64,000 nt of DNA from a virus (lineage: Duplodnaviria; Caudoviricetes). Position 1 is the stretch's first letter; each line of letters opens with the position of its first letter. Below, in pieces: positions 29,239 through 38,245 of the stretch. The stretch lies in IMG/VR virus record IMGVR_UViG_3300036783_000080, positions 1 to 64,000 of that record, one strand, 5' to 3'. A program made the position numbers and the translations under genes. The notes under the pieces were generated by a model, which saw only the letters and a list, made by a program, of their open reading frames with translations, made no database searches and had not been told where the DNA came from.

Positions 29239-30011
29239 GTAAATTCCTCCCTATACGTTGTTTGGTATTTTAACATCAGCCCATCTTCTTCCAGATTTAA
29301 TTGCGTAAGTAGTTCCAAGACTAATGTTAAACTGTTCTGCAATGTCTTTTGCTTTACACCTTTTTGTAATAAAATCTTTATCTCAATGACTTTTGCTTCA
29401 TCTAGTTTTGCACTTGGGTTTCCTATGCCAGTTAATGCTTTACTTATCTTATTTCTATGCTCTTTTGTATGATGTTTTCCCCAAGCATGATGTTTATCCC
29501 CTATTTGAGCTTGACCAATTTTCATTTTGGTTTCTTCTGACAAACGTTTACCTTTGTGAGCTTTGCTGATTTTCTTCTTCGCTTCTTCTGAGAGAGTCTG
29601 ACCTTTCTTCGCATTACCAATTCTTTTTCTCGTTTCTTCAGAAAACTTCTTCCCCTTAAATGGGTGGTTAGTCAACATTAACGCAGAATGTTCTTTTCTT
29701 CTTTCTTCTGTCCATTTAACTCCAAAAGCACCGTCACCACCAAGAGTAGAGTTGTATCCATTGTTAAATGAATCAAACTTTTCTATATAAACTTTTTCAA
29801 GTTCACAAAGTTCTTCCCATTTCTCAGCGTTGTCGATAACTTCCCATTTAAAGTTGTCAAAGCCATACTTTCTTAAAGCACGTCTAAAGTGTTCTTGTTT
29901 ACCTTGAGTCGCTTTTGTTTCATGTATAGCTTTTCGCTGTTTTAAAGACTTCTGCGTTATCCCAATGTAGACTTTCCCAGTTACAACGCAAGTAGCTTTA
30001 TAAACAATCAA
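29229..30011 (-). CDS. GIY-YIG homing endonuclease with NUMOD3-like repeats; C-terminal HTH shifted out of frame
   Basis: IVY...VYIGIT, NGYNSTLGG and repeated SEETR/SEEAK/SEETK motifs; the HTH tail continues in the -1 frame to TAG at 29251. Confidence 0.8.
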   Translation of the reverse strand: MIVYKATCVVTGKVYIGITQKSLKQRKAIHETKATQGKQEHFRRALRKYGFDNFKWEVIDNAEKWEELCELEKVYIEKFDSFNNGYNSTLGGDGAFGVKWTEERRKEHSALMLTNHPFKGKKFSEETRKRIGNAKKGQTLSEEAKKKISKAHKGKRLSEETKMKIGQAQIGDKHHAWGKHHTKEHRNKISKALTGIGNPSAKLDEAKVIEIKILLQKGVKQKTLQNSLTLVLELLTQLNLEEDGLMLKYQTTYREEFTCL

Positions 30012-30064
30012 GAAAACACATCCCTTCTCATTTTATAGAAAAAGCCATGGCAATAGCCAAGGCT

Positions 30065-30289
30065 CTAGAAAACTATTTCATCAAGAGAATCAACTTTCTC
30101 ATTTCCGAACTCTTCCCAACCTTTTGCTTCTTCAGATTGAGTCAAGTCCTTATCAGTCCAAGCAACGTCTTTGCTGTAAGGCTTGAAGATTGTTTGTTTT
30201 CCGTTTGAATTATCCTTCGCAACGAAAATAGCTTCATCTCCATATTTGCCATTCCAACGTAGTAGTGTAAATCCTTTTAGTGCTCCCAT
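30065..30289 (-). CDS. hypothetical protein
   Basis: Start moved to ATG 30289 (GAGGAG RBS); MGALKGFTLLRWNGKYG..., 74 aa. Confidence 0.55.
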   Translation of the reverse strand: MGALKGFTLLRWNGKYGDEAIFVAKDNSNGKQTIFKPYSKDVAWTDKDLTQSEEAKGWEEFGNEKVDSLDEIVF

Positions 30290-30302
30290 GTAAACACGCT
30301 CC

Positions 30303-30986
30303 TCATAGTATCGTAACTTGTACAGTGCGAACTCCCCAGTTGTCAGCTTGAGAATCCGTTGGTACAAGAACATCAATTCTGTTTCCTTTAATCGCTCCGC
30401 CTGTATCAATAGCTAATGCTTCACCATAGCCTTCAACGTAAACCTTTGAGCCTAAAGGAATTACACTTGGGTCTACAGCGATGATTCGTGCATTAGGATT
30501 CTGAGAGAGGTTAAACCCAGTAGCAGTTAGAACTTGACCATTATAAGTCCCACCGTTTTCCTCTGGAAATGGAGTGTAGGCTGTAGCTTTCACTGTTAGT
30601 GTTTGCTTTCCTTCGCTCATGCTCCTGGGAGACTCCTTTTGCGGCTGTTCAGCCTGCTGTTTTTGCTTCTCACTCAATAATTGTCTATTTTCCTCTTGAA
30701 GCTTTTTATTTTCTTCTTGTAACTTATTTTGCTCATTCGTCAGGTCATTGATATTCTGTGTCATCTGACCTTTCTCCTCAGCAATCTTTTTATTGATTTC
30801 GCCCATTTCATAGGACTTGTCTTTCTCAATCTTTAATTCTAGTTTCTTAGTTTTCAGTTCAGTCGTGTTTGTCTCTAATTGTTTCTTCACCTCTGTAAGT
30901 TTATCAATATGAAAATAAAGTTGGACTGCTAAGAATCCTACAAGAGCCCAACCAACAGTTACAAAGATGAGAGTTGATTTATTCAT
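30303..30986 (-). CDS. membrane-anchored coiled-coil 3D-domain protein
   Basis: N-terminal TM segment, coiled coil, then ATAYT...IAVDPSVIPLGSKVYVEGYG...DTGGAIKGNRIDV. Confidence 0.88.
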   Translation of the reverse strand: MNKSTLIFVTVGWALVGFLAVQLYFHIDKLTEVKKQLETNTTELKTKKLELKIEKDKSYEMGEINKKIAEEKGQMTQNINDLTNEQNKLQEENKKLQEENRQLLSEKQKQQAEQPQKESPRSMSEGKQTLTVKATAYTPFPEENGGTYNGQVLTATGFNLSQNPNARIIAVDPSVIPLGSKVYVEGYGEALAIDTGGAIKGNRIDVLVPTDSQADNWGVRTVQVTIL

Positions 30987-31000
30987 CGCTTTCTCCTCCC

Positions 31001-31819
31001 TTACTTTGGTTGGCAGTTATAACAGTAATACGTTGAACGAGTATCAAATTTGTCTGATTTATAGACTTTTGCCAAACATTTCTGACAACGTTCATTCTGA
31101 TAAACATTTAAGTGCCTTTGAGTTCTTCCCTGCGAACCGTCAACGTGGAAATAATCCTTCAATGAAAGTCCTCCATGGTCATAACTCCAACGCAAGATTG
31201 TCTTTATTGTGTGAGCTAACTTTTTGTATTGTTGATTTGTCAACTCACTGATGAGCTTCCCAGGAAATAGTCCTGAACGAAAGAGAATTTCATTCACATA
31301 CACGTTACCCAAGCCACTAATGACTTTCTGACTCATTAGAAACTCTTTGACATTTTTGTTTGGGTATTTCTTCGCTCCCCTTTTCAGCTCTTTCAAAATA
31401 TCTTCTTCAGGACTTTCTAATGCATCTAGTCCCTTTTCAAGAGCGGAAACATCGTCAACTACAACGATACGCCCAAAGATTCTCACGTCACTATAACGTA
31501 GCTCTTTGCCGCTTTTCATCTTGAATCTTATACGTGTATGCGAAACTGTATCCTCTGAAACGTCCACCGTAAATCTTCCTGTCATTCTAAGGTGCGTAGC
31601 AACCTGCAGGTTGTTATCTAGTTTAAAGATGATATATTTACCAATTCGAGATACTTCGTCAATCCTCCGCCCAGTTAGGAGCGTTCTGAAGTCCTTTTTC
31701 TCGAAAGGTCGTATAATCTTCTCACCTCTATCCTCAAAGATGATTTCCTTGAAGGTATCTTTGAGGATAGTTTCCCGCAAGCCTTCGACTTGAATTTGTA
31801 CTTCAACTATTTCAGGAAT
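31001..31819 (-). CDS. mutM: formamidopyrimidine-DNA glycosylase (Fpg/MutM); probable ATT start at 31819 (ORF track uses GTG 31828)
   Basis: PEIVEV N-terminus, RIGKY, HLRMTG, DVRIFG, GLGNVYVNEILF (H2TH), and C-terminal CQKC...RSTYYCYNCQ zinc finger. Confidence 0.88.
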   Translation of the reverse strand: MPEIVEVQIQVEGLRETILKDTFKEIIFEDRGEKIIRPFEKKDFRTLLTGRRIDEVSRIGKYIIFKLDNNLQVATHLRMTGRFTVDVSEDTVSHTRIRFKMKSGKELRYSDVRIFGRIVVVDDVSALEKGLDALESPEEDILKELKRGAKKYPNKNVKEFLMSQKVISGLGNVYVNEILFRSGLFPGKLISELTNQQYKKLAHTIKTILRWSYDHGGLSLKDYFHVDGSQGRTQRHLNVYQNERCQKCLAKVYKSDKFDTRSTYYCYNCQPK

Positions 31820-31881
31820 CTTGGCCACCCTCTTTCTTCTTGCTTAATAAAAGAGGAATGAATAAAAGAAAACTCCCATAC

Positions 31882-32085
31882 TCACCAGTATAGGTTGTAC
31901 ATCTTGTCATTATGAGCGAGTTTCTTTCTGTTACTCTCAATGCACTTCATTAGTTCTTGAATATCTTGAAGTTTACTTTTAAGCTCTTCAACGTATCCAA
32001 TATCACCCAGTTTCACTGCGACTGACAGCAAGCAAAGGTGTTTATCAAGCTCTTGACCTAAATCAGAAATATTACTCATTGACAT
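31882..32085 (-). CDS. small helical-hairpin protein
   Basis: Start moved to ATG 32085 (AAAGGAG RBS). Confidence 0.5.
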   Translation of the reverse strand: MSMSNISDLGQELDKHLCLLSVAVKLGDIGYVEELKSKLQDIQELMKCIESNRKKLAHNDKMYNLYW

Positions 32086-32174
32086 GCACTCCTTTCTGAG
32101 AAGCTTCAATGAATAATGTAATATATGTATGTATGTCGTTATAAAATGAAAAAAGAGCTGGATTTCTCCAACTC

Positions 32175-32663
32175 TCACCAAAATTTAAATATTTTCTTGA
32201 CACTGTCAGGTATCTTTGGTATTGGGTCAACTTTATCTAATCGGACAAAATCCGTTAAAACTTTTGGATTATCTTTTGGAGCTTTCATAAAGTTCACGTG
32301 CTCACCTACTCGCATTGAAGTATTTTTGGCCATTCTTCCAGTTCCAAAGACAACTCCACGTAAGCGGCTTGCAACTCCCTGAACCTTTTTATGGACTCTT
32401 TCACGTTGGTCTTCGTTATTCCGATAGAAACCATCTATATCTCTTTCACGAAGCCGCTGGACTCTTGAAGAGTTTTGTACTGAACGCTTTTCGTCCTCAT
32501 CGGTCTTCCTACGTTTTATTGGTTCTCTCTTCGTGCTCAATCCTTCTTTCTTTCTCAACGTTTCCCAAGCTTCACCCATATATTCATACGGTTTCCCTCC
32601 ACGTTGTCTTGATAATTCATTCGCCAGTTTACAAACTTCAGAACGGTCTGCCACTGTGGTCAA
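32175..32663 (-). CDS. basic hypothetical protein, possibly DNA-binding
   Basis: 162 aa, Arg/Lys-rich; AAAGGAG lies very close to the annotated TTG, so the start is uncertain. Confidence 0.5.
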   Translation of the reverse strand: MTTVADRSEVCKLANELSRQRGGKPYEYMGEAWETLRKKEGLSTKREPIKRRKTDEDEKRSVQNSSRVQRLRERDIDGFYRNNEDQRERVHKKVQGVASRLRGVVFGTGRMAKNTSMRVGEHVNFMKAPKDNPKVLTDFVRLDKVDPIPKIPDSVKKIFKFW

Positions 32664-32729
32664 CTCCTTTATAATGGTTTTACATTATTAGCATATCCCA
32701 CAGTTTGACTTTTTAGAACTAAAGAACGG

Positions 32730-32764
32730 AAAAAAGCCACCCCAGAGCGGTAGGGTGGCTTTCT
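32730..32764 (-). terminator. intrinsic terminator downstream of holin
   Basis: AGCCACCC...GGGTGGCT stem followed by a T run on the minus strand. Confidence 0.75.
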
Positions 32765-32867
32765 CACATAAGAGAGTTATAAAAATAATTAGCAACGGTT
32801 AATCAACAATATAACTTTCTTACCAGATTATTTTAAAAGAGCGATTGGAAGAATGAGTAAGCGGAAT

Positions 32868-33137
32868 TTACTCAGGTTTTTTCAGCGTTAGGACTTCTGG
32901 GTGGTCTGTCACGCCTTTTGTAGTTGGGTCTTGAACTAATCCTAAACTTGAGAAGATAACAAGCACAGCGTTGACTACAGTCAATACATAAGTGTTCACT
33001 TCTTCAGTCCATTGGAAGTCAGTTACACCAACCATGTTCAATCCAACTACAATAAGTTGAACCAACAGTAAGATTTGAGATACAAAAGATGTAACCCAAA
33101 GAGGATTTTGAAAACGAACTTTCCAGTTAATATTCAT
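32868..33137 (-). CDS. holin (phi LC3-like)
   Basis: INWKVRFQNPLW...two TM segments...LGLVQDPTTKGVTD signature. Confidence 0.88.
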   Translation of the reverse strand: MNINWKVRFQNPLWVTSFVSQILLLVQLIVVGLNMVGVTDFQWTEEVNTYVLTVVNAVLVIFSSLGLVQDPTTKGVTDHPEVLTLKKPE

Positions 33138-33285
33138 TGTATATCCCTCCCTTCAAATAAGAATATCTCTTATTCTCCAGAAGATTATAAAAAGACAACA
33201 ACATGTTATAATTATTTTGGACATCTACACCACTAGAAGCAATCTTAAATTCACTTTTTATACTTAACTTAACGTGTATGAATCA

Positions 33286-33597
33286 TCAAGTATATTTTTT
33301 AGTATTCGCACGAATGTCTTCGTACTTTTTCCTTGTTGTCTCTCCGCCACGGATATGCTTATCAACTTGGCGAAATTCAAACTTGGAAACGATTTCATTA
33401 TATTCTTCAGGGTGTATATATTTAATAATTTGGTGGATATACAAGTGAACACTAGACTTGGTACGTCCAATTCTCTTTCCTGTTTGGACAAGCGTTAAAT
33501 CTTCTTCAAGTATCAAATTCATTGCCGTTATCGCAAGTGAAATTGTACTTTTAGAATGACTTTTGGGAAGCTTGTGTAGTTTTGGTAAACTTTTCAC
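33286..33597 (-). CDS. spoIIID: SpoIIID-like sporulation transcription regulator
   Basis: KSSVH...IHPEEYNEI...KHIRGGETTRKKY matches the recalled SpoIIID pattern KSTVH...INPDLANEV...RHLRGGEATKLKY. Confidence 0.75.
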   Translation of the reverse strand: MKSLPKLHKLPKSHSKSTISLAITAMNLILEEDLTLVQTGKRIGRTKSSVHLYIHQIIKYIHPEEYNEIVSKFEFRQVDKHIRGGETTRKKYEDIRANTKKYT

Positions 33598-33966
33598 ATC
33601 TTTGTTTCTCTCCTCTCACTAACTGATTCTGTATAATAAAACGTGGGTGTGCAAAAGTATACTCCTGGAAACATTACATATGAATTATATTATTTTAGCA
33701 AGGATATAATATATAGCACCTCTCTTAACCTATTAGCTTGAAATATGAGTTGTGAGATTGATTGACTAGTTGATTCTAAATCTCGTTTTGATAAATTATA
33801 CTCTTTACCCCTTAAACTGAAAAACTAATGTGAAATAAAAGCTTATACGTTTTGCGCAAGCAAAACATGCGTTAGCATTAACTATACCTTACTATTAATA
33901 TTACATTATTTATATTTTGTATGGGTCTGCATAAAAAATAATTTATTATTTTTTACTATACATAAC

Positions 33967-34031
33967 TATTCTTTATATTCTTTATGTACTTTATATTCTT
34001 TATATCTTTATGTTATTTATATTCTTTATAT
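33967..34031. repeat. about 7 tandem imperfect 9-mers (minus strand ATAAAGAAT) in a ~550-bp AT-rich non-coding region
   Basis: Minus strand reads ATAAAGAAT ATAAATAAC ATAAAGAT ATAAAGAAT ATAAAGTAC ATAAAGAAT ATAAAGAAT. Confidence 0.75.
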
Positions 34032-34152
34032 TTAGCCCAAAAAACTATGCAACAGTCATACCCACATACGAACTCATGCTATGGGATTCCTACAGTCATA
34101 CTTTTTTGTAAAGAGAAAGAGCCGCTGAATTCATAGCAGCTCTCCCTGTATA

Positions 34153-34335
34153 TTACTTGAAAGACTCAACTTGACGTAGGTTAATCTGAAGTTTATTCTT
34201 CATAGCTTGGTCTTCATAAACTTCTAATACGCACATACCACCGCTTTTGTTTGAAGAGTTCACCCACGTTCTAATGTTTAATACAGGCTCTGCTGAGTAT
34301 ACTACCTTGCCTGTTGCTAATGTAATTGTAGTCAT
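34153..34335 (-). CDS. hypothetical protein
   Basis: 60 aa with AAGGAGG RBS and a downstream terminator-like hairpin at 34118-34143. Confidence 0.6.
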   Translation of the reverse strand: MTTITLATGKVVYSAEPVLNIRTWVNSSNKSGGMCVLEVYEDQAMKNKLQINLRQVESFK

Positions 34336-34391
34336 ATAAAATTCCTCCTTTGTGGTTATACTTTAAAATATAAGAAAAGATGTGCAGAAAT

Positions 34392-36638
34392 TTAATCCTG
34401 CACACCGTTGAACAAAATATCTTTAATATCGCTTGAAGATAAGTTAGCACCGATTTCAGTGGAAGAGCCTGATGCGTTCTCTCCAAGAAGTTGGTCAATC
34501 ACTTGAGCCTTTTCTTGTACTTTTGCCATCTTAGTCACTTCAATCGTTCCAACCATTCTCGGTGATAAGAAAGTTGTGTATGGGTTTGGTTGACCATTAC
34601 GTGTGATACGTCCGCAACGTTGTACGTAACTTTTTGGCACCCAAGGAATATCAAGGTGAATCATTGTATGACCTCCATGTTGTAGGTTGATTCCCTCTTC
34701 TCCTGCGTTCGTACAAAGCATAACTCTGATTTTACCAGCGTTGTAAAGTTCCATCTGCTCAAAGCGGCTTTTCTCTTTCACTGAACCGTTTATCTCGCCA
34801 ATCTTAGCAGGATGGACTCCGTTTTTCACAAGGTGGTGTCTAAGTTTTTCTAGTGGGAGTTTCTTGTCACAAAAAATTATGATTCCTCTATTTTCCACAT
34901 CTTCAAGGTGAGCAAGAATCGTTTCCAAAGCCCACTCAACTTTCGGATATAATTTATCCATGTCAGCTTTATTTTTATCTTTTACTAAATCAAGGTCAAG
35001 AGCTACTTGCTCAAGTCGAGTTAACATTGCCAAGATATTTGGTGGAATAGAGTTTCCTGTAAGTTTCTGAACTTCGTTCTGAGCTTCCTTCAGTAAGGCG
35101 TTATAAAGTTTCTTCTGGTCTTTATCCATCGACAATTCAAATGTTGTATGACGTTCTTTAGGAAGTGCTGCTTCAACGTCTTTACTGCTATGAGTACGAA
35201 TCATAACAATTTCTTTCATCTTTTCACGAAGCTCTTTCAAGTCTTTAAATCCAACAGGAGATTCAATGTATTTAACGCCAGTCCATACGGTTTCTGTTTC
35301 AACGAAGTCTCTGCAGAAGTCCCACCAATGTCCAACTTTCTTTTCCTGTACGTTACTTAACATTGTGTGAGTTTCTTTTGGCTTACCATTAGGGAATGGA
35401 GTTGCTGTAAGAGACCAAGCATATTTAGCAGCTCCCCAGTACTGTCTGAACGCCTTCGTTGATTTCGTTGTGATACTTTTCAGCTTGTGTCCTTCATCAG
35501 TTATAATCAAATCAGGACAAAGCTTTACAAGTTCAGTTGCTATTTCATCTTTTCTAATCATCTCATAGTTTACAATCAGGAAAGAACTTTCAGCCGCCGC
35601 TTTCCAAGTCTTCTCTGCTTTCTTCCCTCTTAAATCTTCAGAGTTCATAACCAAAGCTGTTTCATCAGTGAACTTCGTGATTTCCTTTTCCCACCCACGC
35701 TTTACAGATTTTGGAGCGACAACAAGAACTTTCTTCACTTCACCTTTATTCAAAAGATACTTCGCTGCCGTGATAGCAGTTAATGTTTTACCTAAACCAA
35801 CCGCAAACCCAAGAATCGTTCTTCTGTTACTTAGAAGGAACTCAACGCCTGTTTTCTGATACTGGAATAAATTAAGTTCTTTTGACATACCTTTCGGCAT
35901 TTTGAATTTAACTTTCTCAACTTTGTACTTCATCTTTTCGGCTTTCGTGTTTATGTTCTCAAAGTTAATGTTTTCAAGAACTCGTTTCACCGCTGGTGCG
36001 ATAACTTTTGAAATCTCTATATTCTTGAATACTTTGAAAGCATCTAAAAGTTGACTGAATGGAATGTACCATTTCTTAGTTCCGTGATAGTCAAACCGTC
36101 CATTCAATAAATCTTTAACCAATCCTTTATCTTCAAACGCAACGTCAACCAAAATGTAATGGCCACCGTCCCATTGTTTCATATTGTCGATAAATAACAT
36201 TCTCATATATCCCGTAGCCGCTACAGGTTTGCCATATTGATTTATAGTTTGTTGAAATCCTTTTCCAATGACAATCGTGCCATCTGACTCTTCTTTATAA
36301 GTTCTTTCTACGTTTGTAAGAAAACTTTCCATTCTGCTTGTCGAGTTTTCAACCTCTGGAACTCTAATCTCATTTTTAACTTCTTCTACAGGTTGAGGTT
36401 TAAAGTCAACAGGAGACTCAAAACTAACAATGAAAACGTTTCCCTTTGATATATGTTTATTAATAGCCATTGCACATCTCATCCATTTAACTTTAAATGT
36501 TTCACTATCTTTCCAAGTTAACCCAGAATTAATCGCAATCGTCATTATTCGCTCTCTATCCTCTGTTTTTAACTTCTTACAGAACTGCTTAAATTCCTTA
36601 GTTGTATCAAACCGTTTTAAGCTTAGTGTTGAAATCAT
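34392..36638 (-). CDS. SNF2/SF2-family helicase-like ATPase
   Basis: LFQYQKTG, GLGKT, DEGH, LTATP, GEEGINLQ and QRCGRITRNGQ helicase motifs. Confidence 0.9.
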   Translation of the reverse strand: MISTLSLKRFDTTKEFKQFCKKLKTEDRERIMTIAINSGLTWKDSETFKVKWMRCAMAINKHISKGNVFIVSFESPVDFKPQPVEEVKNEIRVPEVENSTSRMESFLTNVERTYKEESDGTIVIGKGFQQTINQYGKPVAATGYMRMLFIDNMKQWDGGHYILVDVAFEDKGLVKDLLNGRFDYHGTKKWYIPFSQLLDAFKVFKNIEISKVIAPAVKRVLENINFENINTKAEKMKYKVEKVKFKMPKGMSKELNLFQYQKTGVEFLLSNRRTILGFAVGLGKTLTAITAAKYLLNKGEVKKVLVVAPKSVKRGWEKEITKFTDETALVMNSEDLRGKKAEKTWKAAAESSFLIVNYEMIRKDEIATELVKLCPDLIITDEGHKLKSITTKSTKAFRQYWGAAKYAWSLTATPFPNGKPKETHTMLSNVQEKKVGHWWDFCRDFVETETVWTGVKYIESPVGFKDLKELREKMKEIVMIRTHSSKDVEAALPKERHTTFELSMDKDQKKLYNALLKEAQNEVQKLTGNSIPPNILAMLTRLEQVALDLDLVKDKNKADMDKLYPKVEWALETILAHLEDVENRGIIIFCDKKLPLEKLRHHLVKNGVHPAKIGEINGSVKEKSRFEQMELYNAGKIRVMLCTNAGEEGINLQHGGHTMIHLDIPWVPKSYVQRCGRITRNGQPNPYTTFLSPRMVGTIEVTKMAKVQEKAQVIDQLLGENASGSSTEIGANLSSSDIKDILFNGVQD

Positions 36639-36738
36639 TTTTATAACTCCTTTCGCACTCTCTATTATTTATATTATCCTAAAACAAGAAAGGTTATTCT
36701 TGTTGATTATCTGTTGTCCGTTGTTAATGCTTATCCCT

Positions 36739-36767
36739 ATCATAGTAAAAGATATTCCAATAGTCAA
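36739..36767 (-). promoter_or_regulatory. sigma-A-type early promoter
   Basis: TTGACT-17-TATGAT upstream of the SNF2 gene. Confidence 0.75.
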
Positions 36768-36802
36768 GAGAATATTACTAGAAAATAAAAAGAATCCCCA
36801 CT

Positions 36803-37318
36803 CTATGACAGGGATTCATGCAACTCTCTCGTTAACTGGCCAATCAAATCATCTGTAATCTCCAGCTTGTAGCCTTCTGTTTTGTCAACTTCTTTTTTCG
36901 GAACAGGTTTTTTCTTTGGTGTGGAATCCCCTACTTCTATGTAATCCCCTGTTTCCTCAATTTCAATATGAGCTTTTGGCAACCATCCCTCAAATTTAAC
37001 CTTACTCATTTTCTCTTTTAACTCTTCAACGAATGCTTCCAAGTCAGCTTCAGATTTTAACGGATTCATGTGGAAGTGTCCTCCGCAAACTGGACCAATT
37101 CCGTATAGTAAAGATACTGGGTTTGTAATTTGTCTCCCGCAGTGTAAACAAGATGACGCTGGTTCTGGCTTCCCTTGTAACTTGACATAGTACGCTCTTT
37201 CTGATTCTCTTTCAATGACGCCGAACATCGTGCGAAGTGGAACTGGGTTTGATTGACTCTTCGTCAAAAACTGTCTCACTGTGATTCGATATTCTTTTAC
37301 TCTCTCTATAACCGCCAT
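36803..37318 (-). CDS. Zn-finger protein (DUF6011-like)
   Basis: CLHCGRQITNPVSLLYGIGPVC motif. Confidence 0.65.
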   Translation of the reverse strand: MAVIERVKEYRITVRQFLTKSQSNPVPLRTMFGVIERESERAYYVKLQGKPEPASSCLHCGRQITNPVSLLYGIGPVCGGHFHMNPLKSEADLEAFVEELKEKMSKVKFEGWLPKAHIEIEETGDYIEVGDSTPKKKPVPKKEVDKTEGYKLEITDDLIGQLTRELHESLS

Positions 37319-37351
37319 ATTTTTATTCCCCTTTATTCAGTTGATAAGTAA

Positions 37352-37380
37352 ATCATAGTGGTTTCTTTACCAATAGTCAA
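37352..37380 (-). promoter_or_regulatory. sigma-A-type early promoter
   Basis: TTGACT-17-TATGAT. Confidence 0.75.
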
Positions 37381-37589
37381 GAGGAAAATTTAAAATATTC
37401 ACAAGCCATCAATCTTTTGTGCAAGTCTTGGAGTTTTTCTTTGTGAAAATCAATATTCTTGTTATCCTTCTTCTCCATTGCTTTGTGTAGCTCTGAAAGA
37501 TGAGTATCAACATAAAACAGATATTGTGTCACTTGGTCTTCCACAATGTGAGTTGTTTTCATTAACCGATTGAAGTCACCAGCTTTCAT
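37377..37589 (-). CDS. small helical hypothetical protein
   Basis: Start ATG 37589 after GGAGGTG. Confidence 0.55.
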   Translation of the reverse strand: MKAGDFNRLMKTTHIVEDQVTQYLFYVDTHLSELHKAMEKKDNKNIDFHKEKLQDLHKRLMACEYFKFSS

Positions 37590-37714
37590 TTTTAACACCT
37601 CCAAGTTTATTTCCTAATAAAAGGATAATTGTTCAAAATATCTTCCTGGAAGTGTTAAGTTTTTAGAAAATTCTAAAATAAAAAGGCTGAGCAAGAGCGC
37701 CCAGCCTTGAGAAC

Positions 37715-37897
37715 TTACTTATTAATTTTGAATGTCCGACAATTTCTGTTATTCATTTTCACTTTTAATTTATATGAAGTCATATTGTTGCTGGCGTTCT
37801 GTTCATGCATTATCCCTGCTAACTGTTCTGCAATCTTTTCATTCGCCGCTACCATTCCAATCATATTTCCTTTAATCTCGGTTACAAATCTTTTCAT
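37715..37897 (-). CDS. hypothetical protein
   Basis: 60 aa with AAGGAGG RBS and a downstream terminator. Confidence 0.55.
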   Translation of the reverse strand: MKRFVTEIKGNMIGMVAANEKIAEQLAGIMHEQNASNNMTSYKLKVKMNNRNCRTFKINK

Positions 37898-38008
37898 TGT
37901 AATTCCTCCTTGGTGTTTGGTTTCTTGGTGTTTCTTTCTCTCTATGCTATAATATATGTATCAACGCTCTTGGTTAGAACTAAATAAAAAGAAAAGATGA
38001 GAATTTTC

Positions 38009-38245
38009 TCATCTTTCATAGAAGTGTATTTTCTTCCCAGTATCTGTCCCACAGTTGTAGTAATAGAACTCATTCAAGTATTTCTCCATCTTGTCAATGT
38101 CATTGAACTCAACGCTTGCGCACATGTTAAATGGAGTGTCATTAGGATAGAACTTGGATGGACAAACATAACCCAACCAAGTTTCACCTCTCTTTATTTT
38201 CGCTTTAATCTGTCCTTTTGTAACCTTCTTCAATGTTGTTGTCAT
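38009..38245 (-). CDS. hypothetical protein
   Basis: 78 aa; start overlaps the upstream stop codon. Confidence 0.55.
   Translation of the reverse strand: MTTTLKKVTKGQIKAKIKRGETWLGYVCPSKFYPNDTPFNMCASVEFNDIDKMEKYLNEFYYYNCGTDTGKKIHFYER

Noticed and set aside
30290-30409. Upstream extension of the 30065 ORF
   Set aside because: Overlaps the 3D-domain gene; the RBS supports ATG 30289
33967-34031. CRISPR-like array
   Set aside because: Units are 8-9 nt and contiguous, with no spacers; no cas genes in the window
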